Shown one piece after another: positions 37,981-48,942 of a stretch of 64,000 bases of DNA. Under the pieces are notes generated by a model that was not told the DNA's origin, made no database searches, and worked only from the letters and a program-made list of their open reading frames with translations. Each line of letters starts with the position of its first letter. Position 1 is the first letter of the stretch. Origin of the DNA: Candidatus Thorarchaeota archaeon (GTDB taxonomy: Archaea > Asgardarchaeota > Thorarchaeia > Thorarchaeales > Thorarchaeaceae); contig CAVSBO010000003.1 of the NCBI GenBank assembly GCA_963726195.1, positions 704,001-768,000 on the forward strand, given 5' to 3'. A program made the position numbers and the translations under genes.

Positions 37981-39639
37981 GTGGTACATCAGATTCATCT
38001 GAGCTTCGCAAACTCAATGTTAGGTGGTCGACCCAAGAGCGAACCTAACCATATTGCATCGTCGCTTGGTTTCATTCTTGCAGATTCTTATGGCGGCAGT
38101 AAGAGACTAACTGGTCTTGCTCAAGTGTCTATCCCATTCTGGATCGTCCAAGTATCAAGCACTGAGTCTATAATCCTTACTGCGATTAGCGATAAACCCG
38201 CAGCTCTTGAGTCCACTGAGAACACGGCCCTAAGCTCAGTGAAGAAGTCGCTCGGCGAAGTGGCCGAACCACGTGATATTCCTGCGGCTGTAGAGAGGGC
38301 ATTGACGTACCTAGGCAGTGTTGAACGCAAGATGCAGTATGTCAAGCACTTGGATGAACCGGAGTCAATCGTCCGCGTTGCCAACTGGTTTGGGGAAACC
38401 GAACCCACTTCGAAACCCAATAGGCCTGAATTAAGAATCGATTCACAAGGAGCGCTCAGCATCAGCCAGCAGTTTCAACAGCTTCGAGAGTCCGCAGCGA
38501 GAAGAGTCGCCGAGTGTGAAGAACTTGAGAAATTCACGAAGGAGAGAATCGCGTCACGAGTGGATAACCTGACCGAATTGGTAAAGGCTGAAAGAGAACG
38601 GTGGAGGAGGAGGTCGCAGACTCTTGAGGAGATTGTGAACCTTGAATCGGCGGAACTCGCAGAGAAGAAGAGTGATGCGCTATCGGACATTGAGATGAAG
38701 TACAGAATGGGCCTCCGCGCTCTCACGGCAGAGTTCGCCAGAGACAGCACATCGTTGGAGCAATTCTTTGTTGAGCTTCTTGAACAGATAAGAGAAAGCC
38801 GCACATCAATTGGACAAAAGGGCGAGGACATAGACGGAGCAATCGATGAGTTCGATAACCTTGTCAACTTCCTCTCAGAACACGTCAGTCAGTACACCAA
38901 TAGCATCGAGGATATAAAGCTGAAAGCGACGCAAACCCTCGAGAGGGTTTCCACTCTCAGTCGAACAGCGGATGAAGAAAAGGCGAAGACGGCTGAATCG
39001 CTGGACTCGCAGATTAGAGAACATCAGCACCGCATTGTCGAATTTGACATGGAACGAACCAAGAATGAGAACGAGCTTGAGGAGATTTCAGATGCAGCGA
39101 CATCTTCAGCCAGCACATTAGAGAGAGCCATAGGGCAGCGGCTTGACGAGCTGAAGAGCGAACAGCGTAATCTTATGGCGTTCGCGTTTGAAAGTGACAA
39201 AATCAAGGAATTGGCTCCTCTTACGCTCCTCGACATCGATGTGTTTGTTGCCACGTATGAGACCGGAGAAGTCAAGGTCTTCGTACCCTCGGCCTTGCCC
39301 TCAGAACGCTTTTCGATGCCGCTCAGACAGGTTCCTGTTGACCAGAGCCTTGACGAGCACATCCGAACGATGATTTCAGACCTATCTGGAACAAGCTCGG
39401 CATTCAGGAATAGCTTTCAGAAGGTTTGTCTCGAGGGAAATATGCTGCTCGCAGGAGGAGCCCGAAACCAAGTCCAGTCAGGCCTCAATCAGATCCAGGC
39501 AAGGCAATTGCTGAAGGAAGGAGTTGCGGAACGTGTGACCGCGCAATGGGACAAGTATGCAGGTAAGTGTCCCAAATGCGGTAGCGAAATACCGGGTGCT
39601 AGCAAATCCTGTCCGAAATGCGGGACGAAGGTGGCCTAA
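37981..39639 (+). CDS. Long coiled-coil protein with a C-terminal zinc ribbon
   Basis: Globular N-terminus (IPFWIV), ~250 aa coiled coil and CPKCG...CPKCG. GTG start after GAGGTGA. Confidence 0.8.
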   Translation: MVHQIHLSFANSMLGGRPKSEPNHIASSLGFILADSYGGSKRLTGLAQVSIPFWIVQVSSTESIILTAISDKPAALESTENTALSSVKKSLGEVAEPRDIPAAVERALTYLGSVERKMQYVKHLDEPESIVRVANWFGETEPTSKPNRPELRIDSQGALSISQQFQQLRESAARRVAECEELEKFTKERIASRVDNLTELVKAERERWRRRSQTLEEIVNLESAELAEKKSDALSDIEMKYRMGLRALTAEFARDSTSLEQFFVELLEQIRESRTSIGQKGEDIDGAIDEFDNLVNFLSEHVSQYTNSIEDIKLKATQTLERVSTLSRTADEEKAKTAESLDSQIREHQHRIVEFDMERTKNENELEEISDAATSSASTLERAIGQRLDELKSEQRNLMAFAFESDKIKELAPLTLLDIDVFVATYETGEVKVFVPSALPSERFSMPLRQVPVDQSLDEHIRTMISDLSGTSSAFRNSFQKVCLEGNMLLAGGARNQVQSGLNQIQARQLLKEGVAERVTAQWDKYAGKCPKCGSEIPGASKSCPKCGTKVA

Positions 39640-39640
39640 T

Positions 39641-39865
39641 CTACTCTGCTTCTGACTGGCCTTTGGAAGTAGCCACAAAAGTCTTTGATGTGAACCTCTC
39701 AACTAGACCTTTGCTTTCAAGGTTCACAAGGGCTGCAACAACCTGATTCTGGTCGCATGAAAAATGACGGGCAATGAGAGCTTTCGCGATAGCTGAGGGC
39801 CTATGGCTATCCTTTGCCACGTAACTCAAGATTCTTCGTTCAAGCTCTGTAAGATCGCCGCTCAT
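39641..39865 (-). CDS. Small winged-helix protein
   Basis: LTELERRILSYV...ALVNLESKGLVER...TSKG pattern. Confidence 0.7.
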   Translation of the reverse strand: MSGDLTELERRILSYVAKDSHRPSAIAKALIARHFSCDQNQVVAALVNLESKGLVERFTSKTFVATSKGQSEAE

Positions 39866-40016
39866 AGTCATCACTTCTCGGCGCCGCGTGAATGGCACTT
39901 TTAACTATGTCGATGCATTTCCTTGCGGCGCATGCCTTCCCATTGGTAGTATTGCGACCTCTCATAGGAAACGCTTTTTATCAGAGCCGTGCGTCAGCCC
40001 AGTCGTCGGTGATCGG

Positions 40017-40763
40017 GTGACCGCTGAACGTGAGTATCACATAGCAATCTCGCGGGGTGAGATTCCGCCGCTTGTTCTATTACCCGGGGATCCAGATAGA
40101 GCTCGTCTGATCGCAGAGGGTTTCTTCACCGACCCACAGGAAGTTGCTCGACACAGGGAGTACTGGAGCTACAAGGGTAAGTACCAAGGAGTTCCTGTGG
40201 GCGTCTGTTCAACAGGCATCGGGTGCCCGTCAGCTGCAATTGCCCTAGAGGAGCTAATCAGGGTAGGCTGCACGACTTTCATTCGAGTTGGCACGGCAGG
40301 TGCCATGGATCCTTCTCTCAAGGCCGGGGATCTCGTCATATTCACAGGAGCAGTCCGAGACGAAGGAACGTCCAGGCAGTATGCGCCAATCGAGTTTCCT
40401 GCAGTGGCCGATCCCGATGTTGTGAAGGCTCTGAGTGAGTCCGCACGAGAGAGGGGAGTCAGGTATCGTGTGGGGATTGGCCACACGAAAGACGCGTTCT
40501 ACAGTGAGTTTCCAGATCTGGTCTCAGATCCGGAAGGGATGCGTAACCACTGGCAACAGCTTCGGAACGCGAATGTGATTGCCACCGAGATGGAATCTCC
40601 CGCTCTTTTTGTCTTGGGCCAAGTCAGGCAAGTCAAAGTGGGAACCGCCTGCGTAATAGTGGGGGAATCGGTCGACAAGCAGGCGAAAATCGTCGGCAAA
40701 CCTAAGATAGAAGAGCTCACTCTTGTAGCGCTTGGTGCGCTGAAGAGATTGTGGAACCATTAG
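40017..40763 (+). CDS. udp: Uridine/nucleoside phosphorylase (PNP/UDP family 1)
   Basis: LPGDPDRA, STGIGCPS, IRVGTAG, AVRDEGTS and EMES motifs. Confidence 0.9.
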   Translation: MTAEREYHIAISRGEIPPLVLLPGDPDRARLIAEGFFTDPQEVARHREYWSYKGKYQGVPVGVCSTGIGCPSAAIALEELIRVGCTTFIRVGTAGAMDPSLKAGDLVIFTGAVRDEGTSRQYAPIEFPAVADPDVVKALSESARERGVRYRVGIGHTKDAFYSEFPDLVSDPEGMRNHWQQLRNANVIATEMESPALFVLGQVRQVKVGTACVIVGESVDKQAKIVGKPKIEELTLVALGALKRLWNH

Positions 40764-40908
40764 GTTTGCTTACCACATCGCATGGATTCCAATCCTGCCC
40801 ATTGCCGATTGACCCCGGGGCACCGCTCCTTTCATCGGCTATGTATCTTCGCAAATCTGCCCTGTTGGATTATTTGAAGAGTGCCTCGTGACGTGGTATG
40901 TTGGTCTT

Positions 40909-41691
40909 CTATATGCCACCAAACCAGACTCTCTTTTGAGCCGCCAATTGGAGATTCTCGGCGGTCTTCCTGTCCAGTCCTGTCATAGTCGCCAACTGGT
41001 CCGAAGTCGTGGAGACCAAGTCTGTCACTGTGGCAATACCTGCGCCCATGATCGCCTTTGTCATGGAATCGGTGGCTCCAATTTCGCTCAGCAAAGACTT
41101 GAGCTCATTGACGCTTCTCTCATCGGGAACCGGAGGAGCCACACCAGGCATTTCTGTCTCAATTGATTCGTCCTCTGGAGCTGGCTTGGCCTTCGGGGCT
41201 TGCACTTTACGTGACTCAGCGGGAAGGCTGTACCTCTCAATGAATGAAGGGCGCAGGAACAGTGTTCCGAAGAGAATCATCACAACAAACGATGGGACAA
41301 GTATTATTGGACCCACGTCCGCTCCGACAATCGTCCAACCCTCTCCAAAGACGGGGATTGCGCTCTTCGCCCCGGTCAAGAGAATCGCGACCAACGAGCC
41401 ACCCGATAACTCTGTTGCTAATGCGAACCACACGGGAGTGAATAGAGCCAGACCTCCGATCTCATATATCAGGACTTCTCTAAGCATCGCTTTGTTCATG
41501 AAGAAGACCGCGAGCGGTGGCGCGATCAGTATGACTACACATACACCTACCCAGATCAAGAAAATACTCCAAAGTCCGGCCAAAGCAGTCGGGTCGGTGA
41601 CGCCATAACTGACTATCTTGAGAACCGCTAACTCCGAGAATACTATGGCTGGAAGCATGGCGCCGAGGAAGACACCGTAGGCGTATCTCAT
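40909..41691 (-). CDS. Multi-pass membrane protein with a C-terminal helix-hairpin-helix domain
   Basis: About four or five hydrophobic helices, a Pro/acidic linker, then IGATDSMTKAIMGAGIATVTDL...MTGLDRKTAENLQLAA. Confidence 0.7.
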   Translation of the reverse strand: MRYAYGVFLGAMLPAIVFSELAVLKIVSYGVTDPTALAGLWSIFLIWVGVCVVILIAPPLAVFFMNKAMLREVLIYEIGGLALFTPVWFALATELSGGSLVAILLTGAKSAIPVFGEGWTIVGADVGPIILVPSFVVMILFGTLFLRPSFIERYSLPAESRKVQAPKAKPAPEDESIETEMPGVAPPVPDERSVNELKSLLSEIGATDSMTKAIMGAGIATVTDLVSTTSDQLATMTGLDRKTAENLQLAAQKRVWFGGI

Positions 41692-42437
41692 GTGTATACT
41701 CGACCTCTTCGTTTGGACGGTCCCTTTGAGAGGCCTTAAAGATATCTCGCGGAAACCTATCCTTCGAATGAACTGAGGGCTAGCCTGCGAAGAAACACCA
41801 CGGGAAGGGCTTGCAAAGTCACTCGACCAAGAACTGCTTACAGAATCTGTGCGATTGATTGTTCTTCTGGGTGACAACACGTAGGGAAATGGCGGGTAGG
41901 GTTTGCGTCTAGTCAGACTTCGCGAATTCCGAAAGTGCGAGAGTAGCGAGGACGCCAGAGCCATGGACATTTCGCCGCAATCACGAGAGTATTCCGCTCA
42001 GACTCGACCCAAGGACCGTTTGCTTCCAGACTGTCAGCACTGCGGCAGCGAATCAGAACAGAAGCAGGCGTTCATCGCAGACATGGAATCGCCCTTCTCG
42101 CGCCACGGATTCACGAGTGTCCTCGGACTTCGAATCAGCTTGCTTCTGTATCTAGCGAAACTCTTCGCGACTCCAATCAAAACGCCAGTATGGCATCATC
42201 TACCAACGTTACGAGCAACATACGCTTATCTATCATTATACCATATTCATATTCTGTCTGGGACCCAGTTCTCTCCGCTTGAACTCTCTCCTCCTTCACG
42301 AGCAAAGCATGCTCGACTCTCCTCCTTTCTCAAGTCCCAGGCACTTCCTCAAATCAGCGCTAGCTGGGCTTGCTCCAGCAGCCTGTTTTGGCAAAGTTTT
42401 AAAGGCAGACCCGGCGGGCCATCGCGAGGAGCAACAG

Positions 42438-42887
42438 ATGTCAACCGCCAAGAAATCAGCGAATAGCCCCGGAAGGCGCATTGTGGTAGACTTGGCTGAC
42501 GTTTTCACTTCAATAGTGTTGCTTGTCATCATTTCGGTGCCGCTTATCTTTGTGGTACCTATGTGGATTGAGTATGTTCTGCTTCGAATTCCAGCTTCCG
42601 CGCTCAGATTGAACCCGATTGTTCATTTTGGTTACCTCGGAGCGTTCGAAGTCACGCTAGCACTGGCCGCGGCAAGCGTTGTGATCGGCTACCTGTTTCT
42701 TATCAGGACGAAACCGAAGGCCGGAGCTAGGGATGAGAAGAAGGCAAAACGAGCGATTAGGGAAGAGGCAGAAATCGAAGCTGAAACCGCGACTGAAGTG
42801 GAGGCCGCAGAGGACCTCGAAGAAACCGAAGAAGAAGAGACGGAAGCTTCGGAGCCGGATCAAGAGAACGAGGACAGCGAGAGCTGA
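42438..42887 (+). CDS. Two-TM membrane protein with an acidic C-terminal tail
   Basis: Two hydrophobic segments and a Glu-rich tail; GAGGAG RBS and TTTTAAA upstream. Confidence 0.7.
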   Translation: MSTAKKSANSPGRRIVVDLADVFTSIVLLVIISVPLIFVVPMWIEYVLLRIPASALRLNPIVHFGYLGAFEVTLALAAASVVIGYLFLIRTKPKAGARDEKKAKRAIREEAEIEAETATEVEAAEDLEETEEEETEASEPDQENEDSES

Positions 42888-42925
42888 ATCGTCCGCAGAG
42901 CGCTCAGTGCTGATACATTTTTGAT

Positions 42926-43750
42926 TCACGCTATGCGCCGCGTGCCTTGGAACAGGCCGAGTATCTGCTGAGCCAAATCCTTTGTAGATGCAGCAATGAA
43001 GTTCATTCTGACCTCGATGCGCAATGGCAGCCGCATGCGTTCGCCACTTGCGGCGAGAACAAACCCTCCAGCCTCAGAAACCATGTGTGTGCCAGATACG
43101 TGGATGATTGGCAGAATGTCTCTGAGGTCGACCATTGCGTCAAGTGCTCCACAAGCGGTCCAACACAGATCAAGCAAGTTGCTGCCGACCCTACGCATGT
43201 CTTTCACATGCCCTAGCACGCGAAGCGAACCGGTTGCGAAAGGCTCCACCCAAGGAGCTTTGGTGTCGTACGATACAACAGATTCTGAGACATGCTTTGG
43301 ACCGGCCACTCTCACGGTCTTCCCGTTCCGTCTTACTCCTTTGCCGCTTGTCGCGACATAGACTTCCTTTGTGAAATAGGAACTGATTACGCTAATTTCA
43401 GCATTATCCGTGGTCATCTCATCGGAAAAGGGTATGACCGATATGCCCCCGCAACATAACGGGAGCCCTCGTTCAAGATTCGCAGATCCATCAACAGGAT
43501 CCACAACGGCAAGGAACTCGGGTCGGCCCTTTGCCTGAACAAGGCCTCTCTCTTCGGTCAGGATGCTAAAGCTAGATGACGACTCACGTAGCACTCTGAT
43601 GATCTCATCTTCCGCCATCCTGTCGGTCGCCAGCGTCAAATCCCCAAACGGGTTGAGGCTTTCCGTGGACTCAGACGCGCGGTCTAGATTCTCAAGAACG
43701 ACCCTCTTTGCGGATTCCACAGCATCCTTCAGGATACTGAGCAACGTCAT
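42926..43750 (-). CDS. suhB: Inositol monophosphatase / FBPase class IV family protein
   Basis: TEE, VDPVDGSAN and RRVGS...ACGALDAMVD motifs. The usual WD motif reads IH. Confidence 0.8.
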   Translation of the reverse strand: MTLLSILKDAVESAKRVVLENLDRASESTESLNPFGDLTLATDRMAEDEIIRVLRESSSSFSILTEERGLVQAKGRPEFLAVVDPVDGSANLERGLPLCCGGISVIPFSDEMTTDNAEISVISSYFTKEVYVATSGKGVRRNGKTVRVAGPKHVSESVVSYDTKAPWVEPFATGSLRVLGHVKDMRRVGSNLLDLCWTACGALDAMVDLRDILPIIHVSGTHMVSEAGGFVLAASGERMRLPLRIEVRMNFIAASTKDLAQQILGLFQGTRRIA

Positions 43751-43866
43751 GTAGAGACCTCTGTTTCTTGAATCCCGTACAATTCCTCTGACCGGGAGCT
43801 GATGTGCAATCGTTTAAATGTGTCAGCTGAGGACCGCAGCTGGTTACCATAGGGACGGTGCACTCA

Positions 43867-44527
43867 ATGGGCTTTCTGAGCGGCAAGAAGAAGGTGGATA
43901 CCGAACGCGGCATCCTTGAGATCAAGGGGACCATGAACGCATTGACCCTCAGGATTCGCAGGCTTGAAACGCGAATGCAAGAGGAGCGCAAGTCCGCGAA
44001 AGAAGCCATGGCAGATGGTGAGAAGGCGCTTGCTAGGTCGCACCTCTCAATCATGTTGGATTTGGACAACCGCAGGGCAAGATACAGACAACAATTCCTG
44101 ACACTTGAGACTGCACTTCTCAACATCGAGGAAGCAAAGGACCAATCAGAAGTCCTCGGAGCGTTCAAGATAGCAAATGATGCGCTCTCCAAAGCACAAA
44201 CCATGGTTAGCCCGGCAGAGATACAGATGCAGCTGAGATCGGCTTAGTCAATCAATCGAACAGATATCCGAGGCCGGCGACCTGCTATCTGAAGACCTCT
44301 CTACCACCGGAACGACTGCCGAAATGGAAAGAAAGATTGATCAGCAGCTGGACGCAATGGAAGCGGAGATTCTGCTGGACAAGGAGAAAGTATTGCCGCC
44401 ACTTGCAAAGCAGAAGCAGAAGGAACCCGGCCGAAAACCAGCGACGGAAGAAAAAAGGATTGACGACCTTCTAGCCGACCTCGAACGAGAGGCTCAACAA
44501 GAGAAAGAGCGAGAGGCAGAGAAGTAA
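43867..44527 (+). CDS. Snf7-family ESCRT-III protein (Vps20/32/60-like); frameshift near 44236
   Basis: MGFLSGKKK N-terminus, helical hairpin AKEAMADGEKALAR...LETALLNIEEAKDQSEVLGAFKIANDAL, acidic C-terminal half with LPPL and terminal IDDLLADLE. Deleting one A joins the two ORFs. Confidence 0.85.
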
Positions 44528-44567
44528 CAAGGCCGGATCGCTTCACAATGACCTTGCAGGTGCTTCG

Positions 44568-45215
44568 ATGACAATCAGGCTTGTCGTGTTTGACGTAGAC
44601 GGAACATTGACGGTTCACACCAGCATCTGGTGGCGCCTTCACGAAGCGTTTGGCACCCAAGACGAAGGAAGAGTGTTCTTCGACAAATACTTCGCAGGAG
44701 AGATTACCTATCGGCAATGGGCCAACTACGATGCGAGTTTGTGGAAAGGCAAGTCCCTGAACCAAGTTATGGAGATAGTCCGGGCCACCGAGTTGATACT
44801 AGGCGCCAAGGAGGTAATCAAGTCCCTCAAGGACATGGGCGTTTCCGTTGCCATACTGTCAGGTGGTGTCGATCTTCTCGCGGATGATGTTGCGCGTCGC
44901 CTTGGGATAGATTATGTACTGACGAACAAGCTATGTCACACCAACGGCATCCTGACGGGCGATGTCGAAGTGCTAGTGGAATGGGGTCAGAAAGTGAGAA
45001 ATATCACTCAGATAGTAAACCACTTTGGAGTATCTCTCAAGGAGACCGCATTTGTGGGCGATGGTCTCAATGACATTAGCGTGTTTCGACGTGTTGGCCT
45101 ATCTATTGCGTTCAGACCAGAACGGCAAGAGGTCGCAGACGCGGCTCAGGCAGTAGTTCGTGATAAGGATCTCAGAGGCATTCTGAAGTTCATCACACCA
45201 CCTCGCCCCAAATGA
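44568..45215 (+). CDS. HAD-family phosphatase (SerB-like)
   Basis: FDVDGTL, LSGG, K and VGDGLND motifs. Confidence 0.85.
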   Translation: MTIRLVVFDVDGTLTVHTSIWWRLHEAFGTQDEGRVFFDKYFAGEITYRQWANYDASLWKGKSLNQVMEIVRATELILGAKEVIKSLKDMGVSVAILSGGVDLLADDVARRLGIDYVLTNKLCHTNGILTGDVEVLVEWGQKVRNITQIVNHFGVSLKETAFVGDGLNDISVFRRVGLSIAFRPERQEVADAAQAVVRDKDLRGILKFITPPRPK

Positions 45216-46356
45216 GAATGGAGAACACGAATAACTGAAGAATCACTATCATGGCTCCCTCGAAAACGTCCAGCTCGTGATCGTCAGTAATTGCGTTAAG
45301 CAAGAACCACAGACTCCCCGCAATAGCCACTATCTGGAAAAGCACGTACCTATCCAGAGGAATCAAAACGAAGATTCCAACCACGCCCATTATGAGAAGC
45401 ACGATCTGGAGGACTCCTCCCAGAAGGTTTCCCAAGGCAATACTGGTCTTCCCCTTAGATGCAGCTGTCAGGGCAACACCATGCTCTGGGAGCGCGCCTG
45501 CCGCGCCTAGTATGATTGCAGCAATCGTGACGGGGTTACCCAGCATGCTTATGATGGGCTGATAGTCCTCAAGCAACCTTTCCGCGGAGAATGTCAGCAC
45601 CTCGCCAGCAAGAAAGACTCCTATGAAGCCAGCTGCGCAAAGGGCTAGAGCGCCCCGTTTCTGATGATAGGCAACTGCACGCTCGCTCTGATCCACTTGC
45701 GGCTTTCTTCCGAGTGCAAGTGCATACACTACGTAAGAGAAGCACATTAGGAAGGAAGCCTCGCGGGGAAAAGTGTCTCTACCAAACAGAAAGGCGATTT
45801 CGACGACTCCCAGTGCAAACATAATCGCTAAGGCCACGATTGTCCAGCGAGTTAGGACGAGGTCTTTTTTAATCGCTTCTTTGGGCACTTTCACGGAACC
45901 TGTCTTTCGCGACAACACGACGACAGTGAGTCCGAGCAATGACATGTTGAATCCGGCGCTCACTAGGACAGACAGCACGGCTATGTCGAGAAGTTCAGGC
46001 TTGTTGGCAGAGTACCCAATCCATGCTGCAAGACCACTTATGACAGCTTCCGGCATGTTGCTGGCCAAACTTGAGAGGATGCCAGCCATGTAGGTTGTAT
46101 GCCCCATGTGGCCTGATGCACTCTCGATTCCAGCAACGGCCCATTCAGAAGGTCGGAACGCCAACCAAGACCCCATCACCAACCCAAGCACGACAACCAC
46201 TGTGGGTTGCATGTTTGCAAGCCGGAGGTAGAAATACAATGCAATGAGCACAGACGCCAAGGCGAGTTCCTTCTTGCCCGCTCCGATAGACTCCCGAATT
46301 CCATGGTAGCTTTGCTTGGAATCCGTTCCATTGGGTAATCCATCGGTCTCCACCAT
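45193..46356 (-). CDS. Ca2+/cation antiporter (CaCA family)
   Basis: About 11 TM helices with alpha-repeats ASNMPE and AGALPEH...GNLLG. Confidence 0.8.
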   Translation of the reverse strand: MVETDGLPNGTDSKQSYHGIRESIGAGKKELALASVLIALYFYLRLANMQPTVVVVLGLVMGSWLAFRPSEWAVAGIESASGHMGHTTYMAGILSSLASNMPEAVISGLAAWIGYSANKPELLDIAVLSVLVSAGFNMSLLGLTVVVLSRKTGSVKVPKEAIKKDLVLTRWTIVALAIMFALGVVEIAFLFGRDTFPREASFLMCFSYVVYALALGRKPQVDQSERAVAYHQKRGALALCAAGFIGVFLAGEVLTFSAERLLEDYQPIISMLGNPVTIAAIILGAAGALPEHGVALTAASKGKTSIALGNLLGGVLQIVLLIMGVVGIFVLIPLDRYVLFQIVAIAGSLWFLLNAITDDHELDVFEGAMIVILQLFVFSILIWGEVV

Positions 46357-46466
46357 AGCGGCCAGCTCCTTCTCCAGTTAAGTGATAGACTTGCCTTAGC
46401 CTCCCACTAGAATAGATGGCGACTTATCAACGCGATTCTCACTTATCGGCCTTGGTGCTCAATCCC

Positions 46467-47636
46467 TCAGAGCCGGTAGAAGCAGACTGTGTAGTAGCGG
46501 TATCCCGCGCCAGTGTTCAAGACGACTGCGTTATCGTCAGTTTCTATCGTTCCCATCTCAATCAATCTCTTAAGACCTAGGAACGCAACGGCTGTCTCCG
46601 GGCAAACGTTCAAGCCTTCTACCTGTGCGATTGTCACGCGCATAGGGTCAATCGCAGACTCTGGCACGCTCAATGCAGTTCCGCCAGAATCGCGAATCGC
46701 TCTTAGAATAAGTCGCCCTGCAAATGGTTTGGGTACTCTCAGGCCAAGTGCCTTTGTTCTACAATCCTGCCACATTTCGACATCGTCTTGTACCCGCTCG
46801 ATAGCGCGCACAACCGGTGCGCAGCCCTCGGCCTGGATTGCATATAGGCGCGGTCTCTTGCTTCCTACCAAGCCAATTTCTTCAAGTTCGTTAAATGCCT
46901 TCCAAATCCCAATGATGGCTGTGCCGCCGCCCGTCGGACAAACAACAGCATCGGGCACATCCCAACCTAGCTGTTCCGAAATTTCGAAGCCCATGGTCTT
47001 CTTGCCTTCAACCCTGTAAGGTTCTCTGGTTGTGGATAGGTCGACCCAATTATGCGGCGAACTCCTCATACTCGAACCAGAATCTGCAATCGTGCCCGGA
47101 ACGCCCACTGTGTCTGCACCATACATCTGACACTCCCTGAAGAACAGAGAAGGCGTGTCAGTGGGCATGAAGACGTGTGCCTGGACTCCTGCCGCGGCAC
47201 AGTAGGCACTCATGCTTACTGCGGCATTGCCCGCAGAAGGCAGTGCGAAAGACCGGCCACCCAGCTCAATGTGTTTCGAAATGGCAACACAGAGCCCTCG
47301 ATCCTTGAATGAGAAGGTCGGGTTCCGTGACTCATCTTTGATTAGAATTCTCCCCATTCCGAACTGCTTGACGAGTTCACGAGAGTCAAGCATCGGCGTC
47401 CAGCCTTCACCCAAGCTCACCACTGACGACGGCGACCTTACCGGAAGCAACTGGGCGTAACGCCACATCGAGTTGACGGATGAAGGGAAGTTATGGGAAG
47501 AAACATCCTCTCTTAGGGAGTCTGTGTCATACCTTGCCAGCAAAGGAGAACCGCAGGTACAGCAGCCGACGATTCTGTCTGCTGAGAACTCACGATTACA
47601 TTCAGGGCATTGAAGGTTTAGTATCCGAGAGCTCAA
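46467..47636 (-). CDS. thrC: Threonine synthase (PLP fold II)
   Basis: N-terminal Zn ribbon, [28 protein letters not shown] and PTGGG motifs. Confidence 0.88.
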   Translation of the reverse strand: MSSRILNLQCPECNREFSADRIVGCCTCGSPLLARYDTDSLREDVSSHNFPSSVNSMWRYAQLLPVRSPSSVVSLGEGWTPMLDSRELVKQFGMGRILIKDESRNPTFSFKDRGLCVAISKHIELGGRSFALPSAGNAAVSMSAYCAAAGVQAHVFMPTDTPSLFFRECQMYGADTVGVPGTIADSGSSMRSSPHNWVDLSTTREPYRVEGKKTMGFEISEQLGWDVPDAVVCPTGGGTAIIGIWKAFNELEEIGLVGSKRPRLYAIQAEGCAPVVRAIERVQDDVEMWQDCRTKALGLRVPKPFAGRLILRAIRDSGGTALSVPESAIDPMRVTIAQVEGLNVCPETAVAFLGLKRLIEMGTIETDDNAVVLNTGAGYRYYTVCFYRL

Positions 47637-47717
47637 CGATCATCATTCGAGGTTACACTGACACTCAGGCTTAAAGGTCACTATCACCAACCTATCGTCG
47701 TTCATATCCAAGTTGGT

Positions 47718-48926
47718 GTGCCCTTGACCGACCTCGAACGGTCCGTGATGCCATTCGCTGCCATAGTTGGACTAGATAGACTCAAGCTAGCCCTTATTCT
47801 CAATGGTGTTAACCCGAGGATTGGCGGCGTCTTGGTGTCGGGGCCCAAAGGAACCGGCAAGACTACGGCGGTCAGGGCGCTTGCGGACCTCCTGCCCGAA
47901 GTGAATGTTGTTGAGGGGTGTGTCTTTGGCTGCAAGCCGGCAAGTGATTTTCTCTGTCCTGAATGCCGAGATCGGCTTGAGAGACGAGAGGAACTCGAAA
48001 CACTGAGGCGAAAGATGCGTGTCGTGAATCTTCCGCTCTCGACCACAGAGGACCGACTCATTGGGTCTCTCGACATAGAGCGCGTTTTGAAGGACGGAGT
48101 TCAGGCACTGAGACCGGGTATACTAGCAGAAGCAAACCAGAACATCCTCTACGTGGACGAAGTGAATCTGCTACCAGACCACTTGGTTGACGACCTGCTC
48201 GACGCGGCAGCAACCAAGGTCAACGTGATCGAGAGAGAAGGCATATCGTTCGTACATCCTTCTGACTTTGTACTGGTCGGAACCATGAACCCGGAGGAGG
48301 GCGAACTGAGACCGCAGCTGCTCGACAGATTTCCACTCCACGTAGCCGTCGGTGGCGGTCTGAGTGTCGAGGACCGAATGGAGCTCGTCAGGCGGAATCT
48401 TGCCTTCGAAAAAGGCCCGAAGCAGTTCAGAGAGGATTGGTCAGAACGTCAATCCAGTCTCATGCAGAAGGTCATTCGCGGAAAGGAGATGCTCGATGAG
48501 GTTGTGCTTGCAGAATCGAGATTGAGGGCAATAGCGATGGCGTGTGACGCGCTCGAAGTGGATGGTGTAAGACCTGACATCATTATCAGCAAGACAGCCA
48601 TAACGAATGCCGCATTCGAAGGTCGAAAGGAAGTCACACTCGATGACATGAAGCTCGCTGCCCAGCTGGCATTGAGTCATAGAACAAGAAGGGGCGGTTT
48701 GCTGGAGCCTCCCTCTGCTGATGAGATAGACCGAGCAATCGCGAAGGCAGATGAGGTTGCACGCAAGCGAGATCATCGAGAGTCACCGGCAGAGGTTCCT
48801 CCCTCACCGGAGAGACAGACGGACCGAGCATCAGGGGGAGTCTTCGGCCGCCAACAGAAAACAGCTCAAGTTGGGGCCTCGGATGTAAAAAAAAGCTACA
48901 TCAGGGATAAGGAGACCGCGCGGTGA
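47718..48926 (+). CDS. ChlI/BchI-like AAA+ ATPase (N-terminal part of a split chlD-like gene)
   Basis: [52 protein letters not shown] and LSHR motifs. Confidence 0.92.
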   Translation: MPLTDLERSVMPFAAIVGLDRLKLALILNGVNPRIGGVLVSGPKGTGKTTAVRALADLLPEVNVVEGCVFGCKPASDFLCPECRDRLERREELETLRRKMRVVNLPLSTTEDRLIGSLDIERVLKDGVQALRPGILAEANQNILYVDEVNLLPDHLVDDLLDAAATKVNVIEREGISFVHPSDFVLVGTMNPEEGELRPQLLDRFPLHVAVGGGLSVEDRMELVRRNLAFEKGPKQFREDWSERQSSLMQKVIRGKEMLDEVVLAESRLRAIAMACDALEVDGVRPDIIISKTAITNAAFEGRKEVTLDDMKLAAQLALSHRTRRGGLLEPPSADEIDRAIAKADEVARKRDHRESPAEVPPSPERQTDRASGGVFGRQQKTAQVGASDVKKSYIRDKETAR

Positions 48927-48942
48927 CCCCATAAGAGGAACC

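Noticed and set aside
41700-42430. ~730-nt gap with a 187-aa plus-strand ORF and a possible C/D-box-like pattern (GCGAUGA...CUGA...CUGA, minus strand, ~42035-42080)
   Set aside because: The ORF is not protein-like, the C box is imperfect and there is no C' box. Unexplained but unsupported.
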